Shown piece after piece: positions 43,030 through 52,186 of a stretch of 64,000 bases of DNA; position 1 is the first letter of the stretch, and the number at the start of each line of letters is the position of its first letter. The DNA is from Eubacterium sp. (lineage in GTDB: Bacteria > Bacillota > Clostridia > Peptostreptococcales > Anaerovoracaceae), in the NCBI GenBank assembly GCA_051893535.1, contig JBJFHK010000281.1:18219-82218 (forward strand), given 5' to 3'. The notes beneath the pieces were generated by a model. It worked only from the letters and a program-made list of their open reading frames with translations, was not told the DNA's origin and ran no database searches. The position numbers and the translations under genes were made by a program.

Positions 43030-44811
43030 TTACTGCTCATCATTAATAAATGCAGTAAGTTTACCTGTGTCCATTCCGGAAACATTTTCCAGCGCTTTGG
43101 AAAGTTCCGCCGCAATCTGTCTGCAGCCGCCCTTCTCCTCTGCTTCGATATTCAATGGCATGATCGGATCGTGCAGGGATTTTCTCAGCAGGAACCAGCC
43201 CTGTACATCTCCGCTGAACTGGACGCGTACGCCCTCGTAATTAGGCTTTACCAGATGAATCCGAAGGCCGTATCTGCTGGCTGTACCGGCAGCAGCCTGC
43301 AGTTTATCGGAAGCGTCCTGAGTTGTATCAGCAGTACTTTGCGGTTTATCGGAAGTATCCTGAGCTGTACCGGCAGCCTTCTGAGCTGCATTATCTTTAT
43401 CCGCATCGTTATTCTGAGTCTCTGCATCCTGCTCCTCTGCCCAGGCCTCTACCGCGCTTAAAATCGCAGTTCCGGCGGCGTTGTGATCCTCTTCCGTAAT
43501 CGGCATGCGGATTTCAACTGCCTCTTCAGGCTCCTTCAGGTCTGCGATGACGGAAGAAATCTCTTTTCCTTCCCTCTTCAGCTGCGCCAGGCGGATAATG
43601 ATGCGTGTCGCCAGGTATGCGCCGTCGTCCAGGAAGTAATTCTCCTTATATGCCGCGTGGCCGGAGGTTTCGATGGCCAGCTGCGCGTCGGTTCCTTCGG
43701 CGTTCAGCTCTGCCGCTTTATTGATGACGTTGCGGTATCCCCTCTTGAAGCGGAGATGATGCAGCTTCAGGCGGTTTTCCAGATAATCGGTGAGCTCGTT
43801 GCTGGTGATGCTGTCCGTAACAACGGTTGTGCCCGGATATTCGTCCGCGATCAGTGCGGCGGCCATAGCGACGATTCCGTTGCGGTTGATTTCCCTTCCC
43901 TGCTCGTCAACAGCGGAAGAACGGTCTACGTCTGTGTCAAAAATAATGCCGAGGTCGCAGTGATTTTTGTTTACGGCATCTGTAATTGCAGCCATGGCGG
44001 CCTCGTTTTCCGGATTTGGGATATGGTTCGGGAAACTGCCGTCCGGCTCCAGGAACTGGCTTGCGGAAGTGTCCGCGCCCAGCGGCTGAAGAACTTTGTT
44101 CACGTAGAAGCCGCCGGCGCCGTTTCCGCAGTCTACGGCGATTTTCAGGCCAGAGAGCGGTTTTTCTCCAGCTACGGCCTTCTGGATCAGGCCGCGGAGA
44201 TGGGCGGAATACAGGTCCATCAGATCCGGCTGACGATCTGCAGAAGATGCAGGCTGTCCGGAAGCTGCTGATTCAGCAGCGGATGGTGTGTCTGCGGTAG
44301 ATGACTCAGTCTTCTGGCTGACGGACGCGGCCTTTTCGCGGAGCGGAGCCGGTTTCTCGTCATTTTCGGCGGCAGTCAGGATCCTTGCGATGTCTTTTTT
44401 GTCGAGTCCTCCGTCTTTACTGAAGAATTTCAGTCCGTTGCGGTTGAACGGCAGATGGCTTGCGGTGACCATGACCGCGCCGTCCGCGCTGATTTCCGGA
44501 AATACGGTGGACATGAACATAGCCGGTGTGGAGGCCAGGCCGCAGTCGATGGTACGCGTGCCGAACGGTTTCAGGCCGTCTGTGAAGGCCTGCAGCAGTG
44601 ATTCGCCGGAGAGCCTCGGATCGCGGCCGATGGTGATCGTCAGTTCTTCCGGAGCCTTTCCGGTCTTCTGACAAAGCCAGACCAGGAAGCCCTGTGCGAT
44701 CAAGGAGCAGGCCGCAGGGGTGAGGTTGACGGGCTCGCCTTCTACCCCGGCAATTGCCACGCCGCGGATGTCGCTTCCGTTCTGCAGTGCGTGAAAGTTA
44801 ATGTCTGACAT
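43030..44811 (-). CDS. Phosphomannomutase/phosphoglucomutase (alpha-D-phosphohexomutase) with two low-complexity insertions
   Basis: SDIRG, VTASHLP, FPNHIPNPE, FDTDVDR, ETSGH. Confidence 0.92.
   Translation of the reverse strand: MSDINFHALQNGSDIRGVAIAGVEGEPVNLTPAACSLIAQGFLVWLCQKTGKAPEELTITIGRDPRLSGESLLQAFTDGLKPFGTRTIDCGLASTPAMFMSTVFPEISADGAVMVTASHLPFNRNGLKFFSKDGGLDKKDIARILTAAENDEKPAPLREKAASVSQKTESSTADTPSAAESAASGQPASSADRQPDLMDLYSAHLRGLIQKAVAGEKPLSGLKIAVDCGNGAGGFYVNKVLQPLGADTSASQFLEPDGSFPNHIPNPENEAAMAAITDAVNKNHCDLGIIFDTDVDRSSAVDEQGREINRNGIVAMAAALIADEYPGTTVVTDSITSNELTDYLENRLKLHHLRFKRGYRNVINKAAELNAEGTDAQLAIETSGHAAYKENYFLDDGAYLATRIIIRLAQLKREGKEISSVIADLKEPEEAVEIRMPITEEDHNAAGTAILSAVEAWAEEQDAETQNNDADKDNAAQKAAGTAQDTSDKPQSTADTTQDASDKLQAAAGTASRYGLRIHLVKPNYEGVRVQFSGDVQGWFLLRKSLHDPIMPLNIEAEEKGGCRQIAAELSKALENVSGMDTGKLTAFINDEQ
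43280..43378. repeat. In-frame 42-bp (14-aa) tandem repeat inside the phosphomutase gene
   Basis: Units at 43280 and 43322, partial at 43364; both full units share GTTTATCGGAAG..TCCTGA. Confidence 0.8.
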
Positions 44812-44825
44812 ATTGAATCCCCCTT

Positions 44826-45380
44826 CTACTCAATCGGTGTGCCGTCAGAATGGAACAGCGGGAGCTTTTCCAGGAATGTGATGTCTGTGCGGTCTGCGGA
44901 GTCTCCCTCTGCGAGGACGGCCATTCTTCCGACGATGTTTCCGCCTGCCTGATTGACCAGGGCCTCCATAGAGCGCAGAGACTCGCCGGTGCTGATGACG
45001 TCGTCCGCGATCAGGACCCGGCGGCCCTTGATCAGATTTACCTCATGCTCGCCGATGCAGAGGGTCTGGATGTGGTCCGTGGTGATGGAATTGACGTCGG
45101 TGGACATCACGTTGGTCATGTAGAGCTTCGGCGCCTTGCGCATGACGACGTAGTCGGCAAAATTGCTCTGGCGGGACATTTCGTGGGCCAGAGGAATTCC
45201 CTTGGATTCTGCGGTGACGATAACGTCGAATTCCGGCGCCTTCTCCAGAAGGAGTTTTGCGGCGTCAACGGTGATCTCCGAGTCACCGAACATGACGAAT
45301 CCGGCGATGGAAAGTGTGTCGCTGATCGGACAGATCGGGAGCTGCCGTTTATGTCCTGCAATAGTCATTTCGTAATACAT
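44826..45380 (-). CDS. Purine (adenine/xanthine-type) phosphoribosyltransferase family protein
   Basis: AESKGIPLA, RK, VLIADDVISTGES PRPP-binding motif. Confidence 0.88.
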   Translation of the reverse strand: MYYEMTIAGHKRQLPICPISDTLSIAGFVMFGDSEITVDAAKLLLEKAPEFDVIVTAESKGIPLAHEMSRQSNFADYVVMRKAPKLYMTNVMSTDVNSITTDHIQTLCIGEHEVNLIKGRRVLIADDVISTGESLRSMEALVNQAGGNIVGRMAVLAEGDSADRTDITFLEKLPLFHSDGTPIE

Positions 45381-45488
45381 GTGAAAGATGCCTCCTTGTC
45401 AGTTTGAATTTTGTCCGTAAAGACAGAAGCGGATTCCAGGGAATATCCCTGAAATCCGATGATTTCTGTACGATATGTGTATGTGTAA

Positions 45489-46865
45489 TTAAGCGGCCGG
45501 GGCCATAGCGAGCTTCACGGCGTAGAGCGCGAAAAGCACGAAGGAGATCCACATAACCGGCTTGATGTCCTTAGCCTTTCCTGTGATCACCTTCAGGATT
45601 ACCCAGGAAATCATGCCCCACATAATTCCGGTTGCGATGGAAGATGTGAACGGCATCATGATGATGGCGAGGAATGCGCCGACGGTGTCCGCGATGTCGT
45701 GGCTGAAGTCGACGTCCTTAATGTTCTGCAGCATCAGCAGGCCGACCCATACCAGTGCCGGAGTTGTGGCAAAGGATGGAATCGCAAGGAAAATCGGGCT
45801 GAAGAACAGTGAGATGAAGAACAGTACCGCTGTGGTGACGGAGGTCAGACCGGTGCGTCCGCCGTTGGCTACGCCTGCAGTAGACTCAACGAAAGAAGTT
45901 ACTGTGGATGTTCCCATGATAGCGCCGAATACGGTTCCGACTGCGTCAGCGAGCAGGGCGCCCTTGGCGTTCTGGAGGTTTCCGTTCTCGTCCAGAAGTC
46001 CCGCGTTGTTTGCGACTCCGATCAGCGTTCCAACCGTGTCGAAAATGTCGACGAACAGGAAGGAGAAGGTGATGATCGCAAACTGGAGCAGATTGTGTCC
46101 GGCCCAGGCAAAGTCGAATTTCCAGATGTTTCCGTCCTTCGGGATCAGGCTGCTGAGGGTGAATGACGGATACAGGGAGTACATTTCCAGTTTCGGGTTG
46201 ACCACATACCAGCCTGTGGCCTGTGCAATCATGCCCAGAACCCAGGTGATCAGGATGCCCAGGAGAATGTAGCCCTTGACGTTGTAATGATAGAGAACAG
46301 CGACGATCAGAATTCCCAGAAGTGCCAGGGCAACCTGCGGGGTTCCGAGGGAGCCGAACTTGATCAGTGTGGATTTGTCTCCGGTGACGACGCCGGCGTT
46401 CTTCAGGCCGACGATGGCGATGAAGAGGCCGATTCCTGCAGTGATTGCGTGCTTCAGGTTGGACGGAATATCATTGACCAGCTTCTCTCTGAAGTTTGTC
46501 AGAGAAAGAAGGATGAAAATAATACCTTCAACAAATACTGCGGTCAGTGCGACCTGCCAGGCGTTGGTGACGCCGCTCTTGACGATTTCCGGGACTACAG
46601 TGTATGCAAAATACGCGTTCAGTCCCATTCCGGAAGCCAGGGCAACCGGGTAGTTGGCGAAAAATGCCATGCAGAGTGTGGCGATTCCCGCAGATACGCA
46701 GGTCGCCGTAAAGATATAGGTCGGATTCATTCCGGCTGCAGACAGAATGCTTGGATTGACGGCGAGAATGTAGACCATTGCCAGGAAAGTCGTGACTCCC
46801 GAGGCGATTTCCGTCTTTACATTCGTGCCGTGTTCCTGCAGCTTGAAAAGCTTTTCCATGAACAT
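45489..46865 (-). CDS. NCS2/AzgA (PbuG-like) purine permease
   Basis: GVTTFLAMVYILAVNP, GMGLNAYF, DIFDTVGT, VESTAGV..GGRTG. Confidence 0.93.
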   Translation of the reverse strand: MFMEKLFKLQEHGTNVKTEIASGVTTFLAMVYILAVNPSILSAAGMNPTYIFTATCVSAGIATLCMAFFANYPVALASGMGLNAYFAYTVVPEIVKSGVTNAWQVALTAVFVEGIIFILLSLTNFREKLVNDIPSNLKHAITAGIGLFIAIVGLKNAGVVTGDKSTLIKFGSLGTPQVALALLGILIVAVLYHYNVKGYILLGILITWVLGMIAQATGWYVVNPKLEMYSLYPSFTLSSLIPKDGNIWKFDFAWAGHNLLQFAIITFSFLFVDIFDTVGTLIGVANNAGLLDENGNLQNAKGALLADAVGTVFGAIMGTSTVTSFVESTAGVANGGRTGLTSVTTAVLFFISLFFSPIFLAIPSFATTPALVWVGLLMLQNIKDVDFSHDIADTVGAFLAIIMMPFTSSIATGIMWGMISWVILKVITGKAKDIKPVMWISFVLFALYAVKLAMAPAA

Positions 46866-47225
46866 TGCTCCTTTTGTTATCTTATAAAATAGCGAATGAA
46901 AAATAGGCCGCGCATGCCCTGCCGTGTCGAATTCACATGGGACAGCTCATGCAGAGCCGCCGTGGATGAACAGAAACACACGCATGATAACGAATAAATC
47001 TATTATACACAATTCATCAGAAGTATTGGGAGTAAATTCATGGAAAAGATGGAAATTAGCGGAGGTAACGGGATTACCAGCTTCCCGGGAACGGAAAGGA
47101 GCTGATTGGAATGAAAGTGAACGATAAATAGCTGAAAATGATCTGCAGCACAGCCATGGATTTGATTTAATTTGCGTATACTGTATGCCGCAGAGACACA
47201 GAAAAAAGCCCGCGGGCCTGAAAAA

Positions 47226-48203
47226 TCAGGCTGCGCGGCGCTCATTCTCATCCTGTGAAGAGGCGGTCTCTTCTGCCTGGCTGTGTTCGCTGGAAACCGC
47301 AGACTCTGCCGGTTTCTTACCTGGAAGCTGTGACAGAACAACGGCTCCGAAGATCAGCGCGCAGCCGGTGAACTCCAGCGGCGACAGCATCTCGTGAAGC
47401 AGCAGAATACCTGTGACTGCGGAAAACACGGATTCCAGGCAGAGAATCAGAGAGGCCTCTGCTGCCGGGACGTGCTTCTGCCCGAGGATTTCCAGTGTGT
47501 AACCGACTCCGGTGGACATGATTCCGCCGTAGGCAATGGCCTTCCATGCGTGCAGAATGGCAGAAATTTGCGGATTTTCAAAGATGAACATGCAGATAAT
47601 TCCCATCAGTCCGGAGATGATGAACTGAATGGATGAAAGTTTGATTCCATTGCATTTTGGCGCATAGTGTCCGATCAGCATGAGCTGGAGGGCAAAAAAT
47701 ACCGCACAGAGGAGTGTCAGGATATCGCCTTTCTGGAAGGTCATCCGGCCGCCTTTCAGGGAAATCAGATACAGGCCCGCGACGCTCAGCACCGCGCTGA
47801 TCCAGATGACCGGGCGGACCTTTTTTCCGATCAGCACGGAGAAAATCGGGATGAATACAGCGTATAAGGAAGTAATAAATCCGGACTTAGCAGCAGATGT
47901 ATATGCAACGCCGAACTGCTGAAGACTGGATGCGAGAAAATGCGTCAGTCCGCAGAGAAATCCGCCAATCAGCAGAATCTTCCATTCTGCATGCCGGTCT
48001 TCCCTGCTCTTCTGCGCCTCTCCAATGTCCGCGCGGCCAGCGAAAATAATTATCGGAATCAGAATCAGGCCTCCGAGCAGAGTACGGATTCCGTTATAGG
48101 TGAAGGCGCCGATCGCGCCGCCCATTTTCTGCGCGACAAAGGCAGAGCCCCAGATAAATGCCGTGATAAAAAGCAGAATCGTACTTTGTGTCCGTTTGGT
48201 CAT
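47226..48203 (-). CDS. DMT/EamA family transporter (paralog 1)
   Basis: IWGSAFVAQK, SGFITSLY, GQKHV..ASLILCLESVF. Confidence 0.92.
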   Translation of the reverse strand: MTKRTQSTILLFITAFIWGSAFVAQKMGGAIGAFTYNGIRTLLGGLILIPIIIFAGRADIGEAQKSREDRHAEWKILLIGGFLCGLTHFLASSLQQFGVAYTSAAKSGFITSLYAVFIPIFSVLIGKKVRPVIWISAVLSVAGLYLISLKGGRMTFQKGDILTLLCAVFFALQLMLIGHYAPKCNGIKLSSIQFIISGLMGIICMFIFENPQISAILHAWKAIAYGGIMSTGVGYTLEILGQKHVPAAEASLILCLESVFSAVTGILLLHEMLSPLEFTGCALIFGAVVLSQLPGKKPAESAVSSEHSQAEETASSQDENERRAA

Positions 48204-48867
48204 TTCATCCTCCTTTTATGTAAAAACGCAATGAATAAAGAAAATCGTGAACCGGTCAGGCTGACAGCGAGTCCGGCACAGCCGGTATCGTGCAGATGCT
48301 GCAGGAAACCCGCAGGCCGGACAGCGGAAGCTGATATTGCAGCTGAAGGCAGCTGCAAGTCAGGTGCAGAAAAAGAGAAGCGGGGAAGAAAAGATGTATA
48401 CAATATACATGATCCGCCTGCTCTGAACATATCATTAACTGACCTATGGTTCATACTGAAGTACACTATACACCATTCAGGGCAGAGTTTGAAGATAATT
48501 TACGATTATTTTTTACAATTGATATAAATTTGGGAAGATACATCGATAAATGTTGTAATATCAATGAAAATACGAGATTTGTTTTGGGGATATGTGCAAT
48601 TTACCGCTTTAAAATGCTAAAATTTTAAAGTGATAAATTGCATACAGATGGAATAAATTACCTAACTTATTTAAGATGGTAAATCGGGAAAATGATAACA
48701 TGGACCTGAGGCTGATACAGGAACGGCGTATGGCCCGGTCAGCTGAGACAAGGGAGGTCGGGGATGAAGTGGAATGGGAAAGCGGGGATACTATGTACTG
48801 TACAGCTTGGTGGGAATATCCTGTTGGGCATGCAGCTGCTTTGGTATTCAGTTACAACGAATAAGAG

Positions 48868-48918
48868 GAAACGGGAAGAAACGGGAAGAAACGGGAAGAA
48901 ACGGGAAGAAACGGGAAG
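48868..48918. repeat. 10-bp perfect tandem repeat (GAAACGGGAA)x5
   Basis: Read directly from the sequence. Confidence 0.97.
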
Positions 48919-49035
48919 CGCGTGTATACTGCACACAAAATGCTGCAATACAGATATCCTGTGTTGTCGTGTTTTGCAGTTGTAACAAAAATCGGACGGA
49001 TTCCCGACGATTGATAAGTAGAAACTTCGGAAATC

Positions 49036-49404
49036 CGCCCATTTTTTCCCCCATCCGAAGATTTTTTTTACCTTTCGGATGGATGGGCGTTTGGCAGTAT
49101 ATCCGAACTTATAAGCGCCGGATAGTTCGGATATAGATCTGGTACAGGATAAATTCCCGAAGTCAATTGTGCACAATCAGAAAGTTCTGCGGTTCTTCTC
49201 ATTAATTTGGAGAAAAATAGAAGAAAATGGAAGAAAATAAAGGTGAAAGACACTGCCGGCAGCAAATAGCCAGCAGACAGATGTGTAATGTACAAACAAT
49301 TAAACAATGCAAAATTTTGAGTTCGGATGAAAGCAGGTTTATGTTCCCATCCGAACTCGATTGCGCTTAATTCGGATGAGAGGGAAAATGGCTGTTTATC
49401 CGAA
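49036..49404. repeat. Four inverted-repeat pairs built on ATCCGAA/TTCGGAT
   Basis: Pairs at 49051-49082, 49098-49135, 49319-49358 and 49371-49404. Confidence 0.8.
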
Positions 49405-49752
49405 AGTTCGGCTTCGATGACTTCCATTTATTTTCATAATCGCATTGCTCCCAGTCGTGAATCGGATGAATGACAATGAAACACCGTAAGTAGTATACAG
49501 CATACTGAAATTCACTATATTATTGCATTATATAAGTATACAGTATACTTGAGTATCATCTATACTCAAGCGTCCCTCTTTTGTTATCCTTCTCGTTAAA
49601 TTGCATACAGTATACTTGTAGCCCCCATTTTCCCCCGTTTTCCCCCGTTTTCATGCCTGTCTGCCTTGTATTTCTGCCGGTTTTGCGGCTTGAATGCAGC
49701 AAGTGTCTGGAAGCAGGGTCGGTGAAATGCAGCAGGTATTCGGATTTTTCTC

Positions 49753-50688
49753 TTACTGCTTCTTCCCCGGCATCGCCGCCGGCTTCTTCACCAGTCCTTC
49801 CGGCAGCTGGGACAGGATCACGGCGCCGAAAATCAGCGCGCAGCCCAGGTATTCGCGCGGGGACAGCAGTTCGTGCAGAAGCAGCGTGCTGGTCAGGGCG
49901 CCGAAAACGGCTTCGAGGCAGAGAATCAGCGAAGCTTCGGTGGCCGGCGTGTGTTTCTGGCCGATAATCTGCAGAGTGTAGGCCAGGCCCGTTGAAAGTA
50001 CACCGCCGTAGACGATCGGGAACCAGTAGTGCAGAATGGCGGCGATATGCGGCGTTTCAAAGACGAACATGCAGATGACGCCCAGTGTGCCGGAGAGCAG
50101 AAATTGGATGCATGACATCTTGACCCCGTTGCATTTTGGCGAATAATGGTCGATCACCATAATCTGAAAGGCGAAGAACAGTGCGCAGAGCAGCACCAGC
50201 AGGTCGCCGAGCTGGAGAGTGAAATGCCCGCCTTTCATGGAGATCAGGTACAGACCGGCAACGCTGAGAATGCAGCAGAACCACACCAGCGGGCGGATGC
50301 GCTTTCCGAGAAAGACAGAAATCAGCGGCACCAGAATCGCATAAAGCGATGTGATGAAACCGGCTTTGCTGGCAGTAGTGTATTCAATTCCGATCTGCTG
50401 CAGTGTGGAAGCGATGAAATGCATGAGGCCGCAGAGAAGACCTCCGGCCAGAACCACCTTCCACTGCAGCTTCCGTTCCTCTTTCGAGGCGTTCTGCCAG
50501 CCGGAATCTGCGCGGTCGGACAGAATGACAGCCGGGATCAGGACCAGACCGCCCAGCAGCGTGCGGACGCCATTGTAGGTAAACGGCCCCAGTGCCCCGC
50601 CGACCTTCTGCGCCACGAACGCCGAGCCCCAGATAAATGCTGTAAGTAAGAGAATAAGATTGCTTTGTGTGCGTTTGCTGATTTTCAT
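49753..50688 (-). CDS. DMT/EamA family transporter (paralog 2)
   Basis: Colinear with paralog 1 (KRTQS..TAFIWGSAFVAQK..FTYNG.RTLLGG; YSPKCNG); alternative start 50700. Confidence 0.92.
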   Translation of the reverse strand: MKISKRTQSNLILLLTAFIWGSAFVAQKVGGALGPFTYNGVRTLLGGLVLIPAVILSDRADSGWQNASKEERKLQWKVVLAGGLLCGLMHFIASTLQQIGIEYTTASKAGFITSLYAILVPLISVFLGKRIRPLVWFCCILSVAGLYLISMKGGHFTLQLGDLLVLLCALFFAFQIMVIDHYSPKCNGVKMSCIQFLLSGTLGVICMFVFETPHIAAILHYWFPIVYGGVLSTGLAYTLQIIGQKHTPATEASLILCLEAVFGALTSTLLLHELLSPREYLGCALIFGAVILSQLPEGLVKKPAAMPGKKQ

Positions 50689-51050
50689 GAACCCTGCCAC
50701 CTGTTTTTTTCGATTGAGAAAGCATATTGCGTGATGCGGACTGAATTGAAATTATCGATGCATAATTATACGATGCATCCCCACTCCCCTTCGACAAAAT
50801 CCAATGCGCAAGGGGTATTTCTGATATTGCGCGGCCGCATAAATCATAATGAAAATAATTGTATCAGATAACAAAACTGCCCGCAATCCTGTCCGGCTGT
50901 TATTCTCTAGAAATCTGCTGTAAAAAGAATTTTCCCTGCCCAGTCTGCTCATTCCGATGGTTAATTCAAGATTTGTTTTTCAGTGATAATATGCATAAAC
51001 GAAGCCTCCGCCCTGGAATTTCTGCCCGGTTCCGGCCGCGACGCTCGTTA

Positions 51051-51067
51051 CATTAGTTTTCCTAATG
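51051..51067. promoter_or_regulatory. Putative LysR-type operator
   Basis: CATTAG-N5-CTAATG palindrome containing T-N11-A, upstream of the TauE-LysR pair. Confidence 0.5.
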
Positions 51068-51175
51068 TTAATACATTAAAAAGTAATTTGAGTAATGCTA
51101 ATGTTATTCATATACTCAAATTATGAAAGATCAATCCGTCGAATCGTTTACATGTTTTATGAGGAGGAAAAACCG

Positions 51176-52090
51176 ATGAATGTAATTAAGATTTTGAAAA
51201 TTCTCTGTGGCATCGGCATTGTCTATATTTTATTCCTGCAGATAAAAAGTCTCAGGGAGATACTGCGCACGGAGGACGGTAAGGCGCAGATAAAAAAGGA
51301 GCGCAAATTTCTTATTTATAACAGCCTGGTTGCATTGTTATCTAATTTTTTTGATGTTCTGGGAATCGGTGACTATGCAACAGCAACGGCGGCGTATAAA
51401 CTCAGGGGCTCCGTGGATGATATCAATATTCCGGGAGTATTAAATGTCGGCAACTGTGTACCGGTGCTGGTAGAAGCCATTCTGTTTTTCAGTTTAGTTA
51501 AAATTGATATTGTTACGCTTATCAGTATGCTTCTGGCCATGGTCATCGGCGCACGTGTCGGAGCTAAATTTGTTACGAAATGGGATGCTGAGAAGGTCCG
51601 TGCCGGAATGGGAATTGGTCTTCTTGCGGTAGGAGTCGTCATGATTTTCAAGCAGCTGGGAATCGGTCCATTCGGCATGATCGGCACGGCCACCGGAATT
51701 TACGGATATAAGCTTGTTATTGCGATTGTCGTAGACTTCTTCCTGGGAGCGCTCATGAATATCGGTGTAGGAGCATACGCACCGACATTTGCACTGGTTT
51801 CTGTTCTGGGGATGAACGTTCAGTCGGCTTTTCCGATCATGATGGGAGGATGTGCCTTCCTGATGACCTTTGGCGCAGGACCTACCTTCCTGAAAGAGCA
51901 TCGTTATGATGTTACTGCAACATGGGCAGATACAATTTTGGGAACGGTCGGTGTCATTCTGGCATTTTTCCTGGTCAAGAACATGCCAATCACGGTACTG
52001 CTCTGGGTTGTTGTCGTGGTAGTTTTCTACACAGCAGTTTCATTCCTCAGGGATTTTGCAAAATCCAGAAAATCGAATACCGCTGAGTAA
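51176..52090 (+). CDS. TauE/SafE (TSUP) family membrane permease
   Basis: NFFDVLGIG, IPGVLNVG, LMNIGVGAYAP, AFPIMMG; GAGGAGG RBS. Confidence 0.8.
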   Translation: MNVIKILKILCGIGIVYILFLQIKSLREILRTEDGKAQIKKERKFLIYNSLVALLSNFFDVLGIGDYATATAAYKLRGSVDDINIPGVLNVGNCVPVLVEAILFFSLVKIDIVTLISMLLAMVIGARVGAKFVTKWDAEKVRAGMGIGLLAVGVVMIFKQLGIGPFGMIGTATGIYGYKLVIAIVVDFFLGALMNIGVGAYAPTFALVSVLGMNVQSAFPIMMGGCAFLMTFGAGPTFLKEHRYDVTATWADTILGTVGVILAFFLVKNMPITVLLWVVVVVVFYTAVSFLRDFAKSRKSNTAE

Positions 52091-52186
52091 TACATAAGTG
52101 ATTGAAGAAAATTTCGTGGCAGAACGGCGCTGCAGGAACATTTTACTGCTTATCTGCCAGAAGCTTCGGATGTGCAGGGAGAGAAT

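Noticed and set aside
46866-47010. Purine riboswitch upstream of the NCS2 permease
   Set aside because: The conserved TATAA..GATATGG..GTTTCTACC..CCGTAAA core was not found.
48200-49427. Several small ORFs crossing the (GAAACGGGAA)5 repeat
   Set aside because: They are repeat-derived, mutually overlapping and have no recognisable domains. A short peptide such as 48676-48864 cannot be fully excluded.
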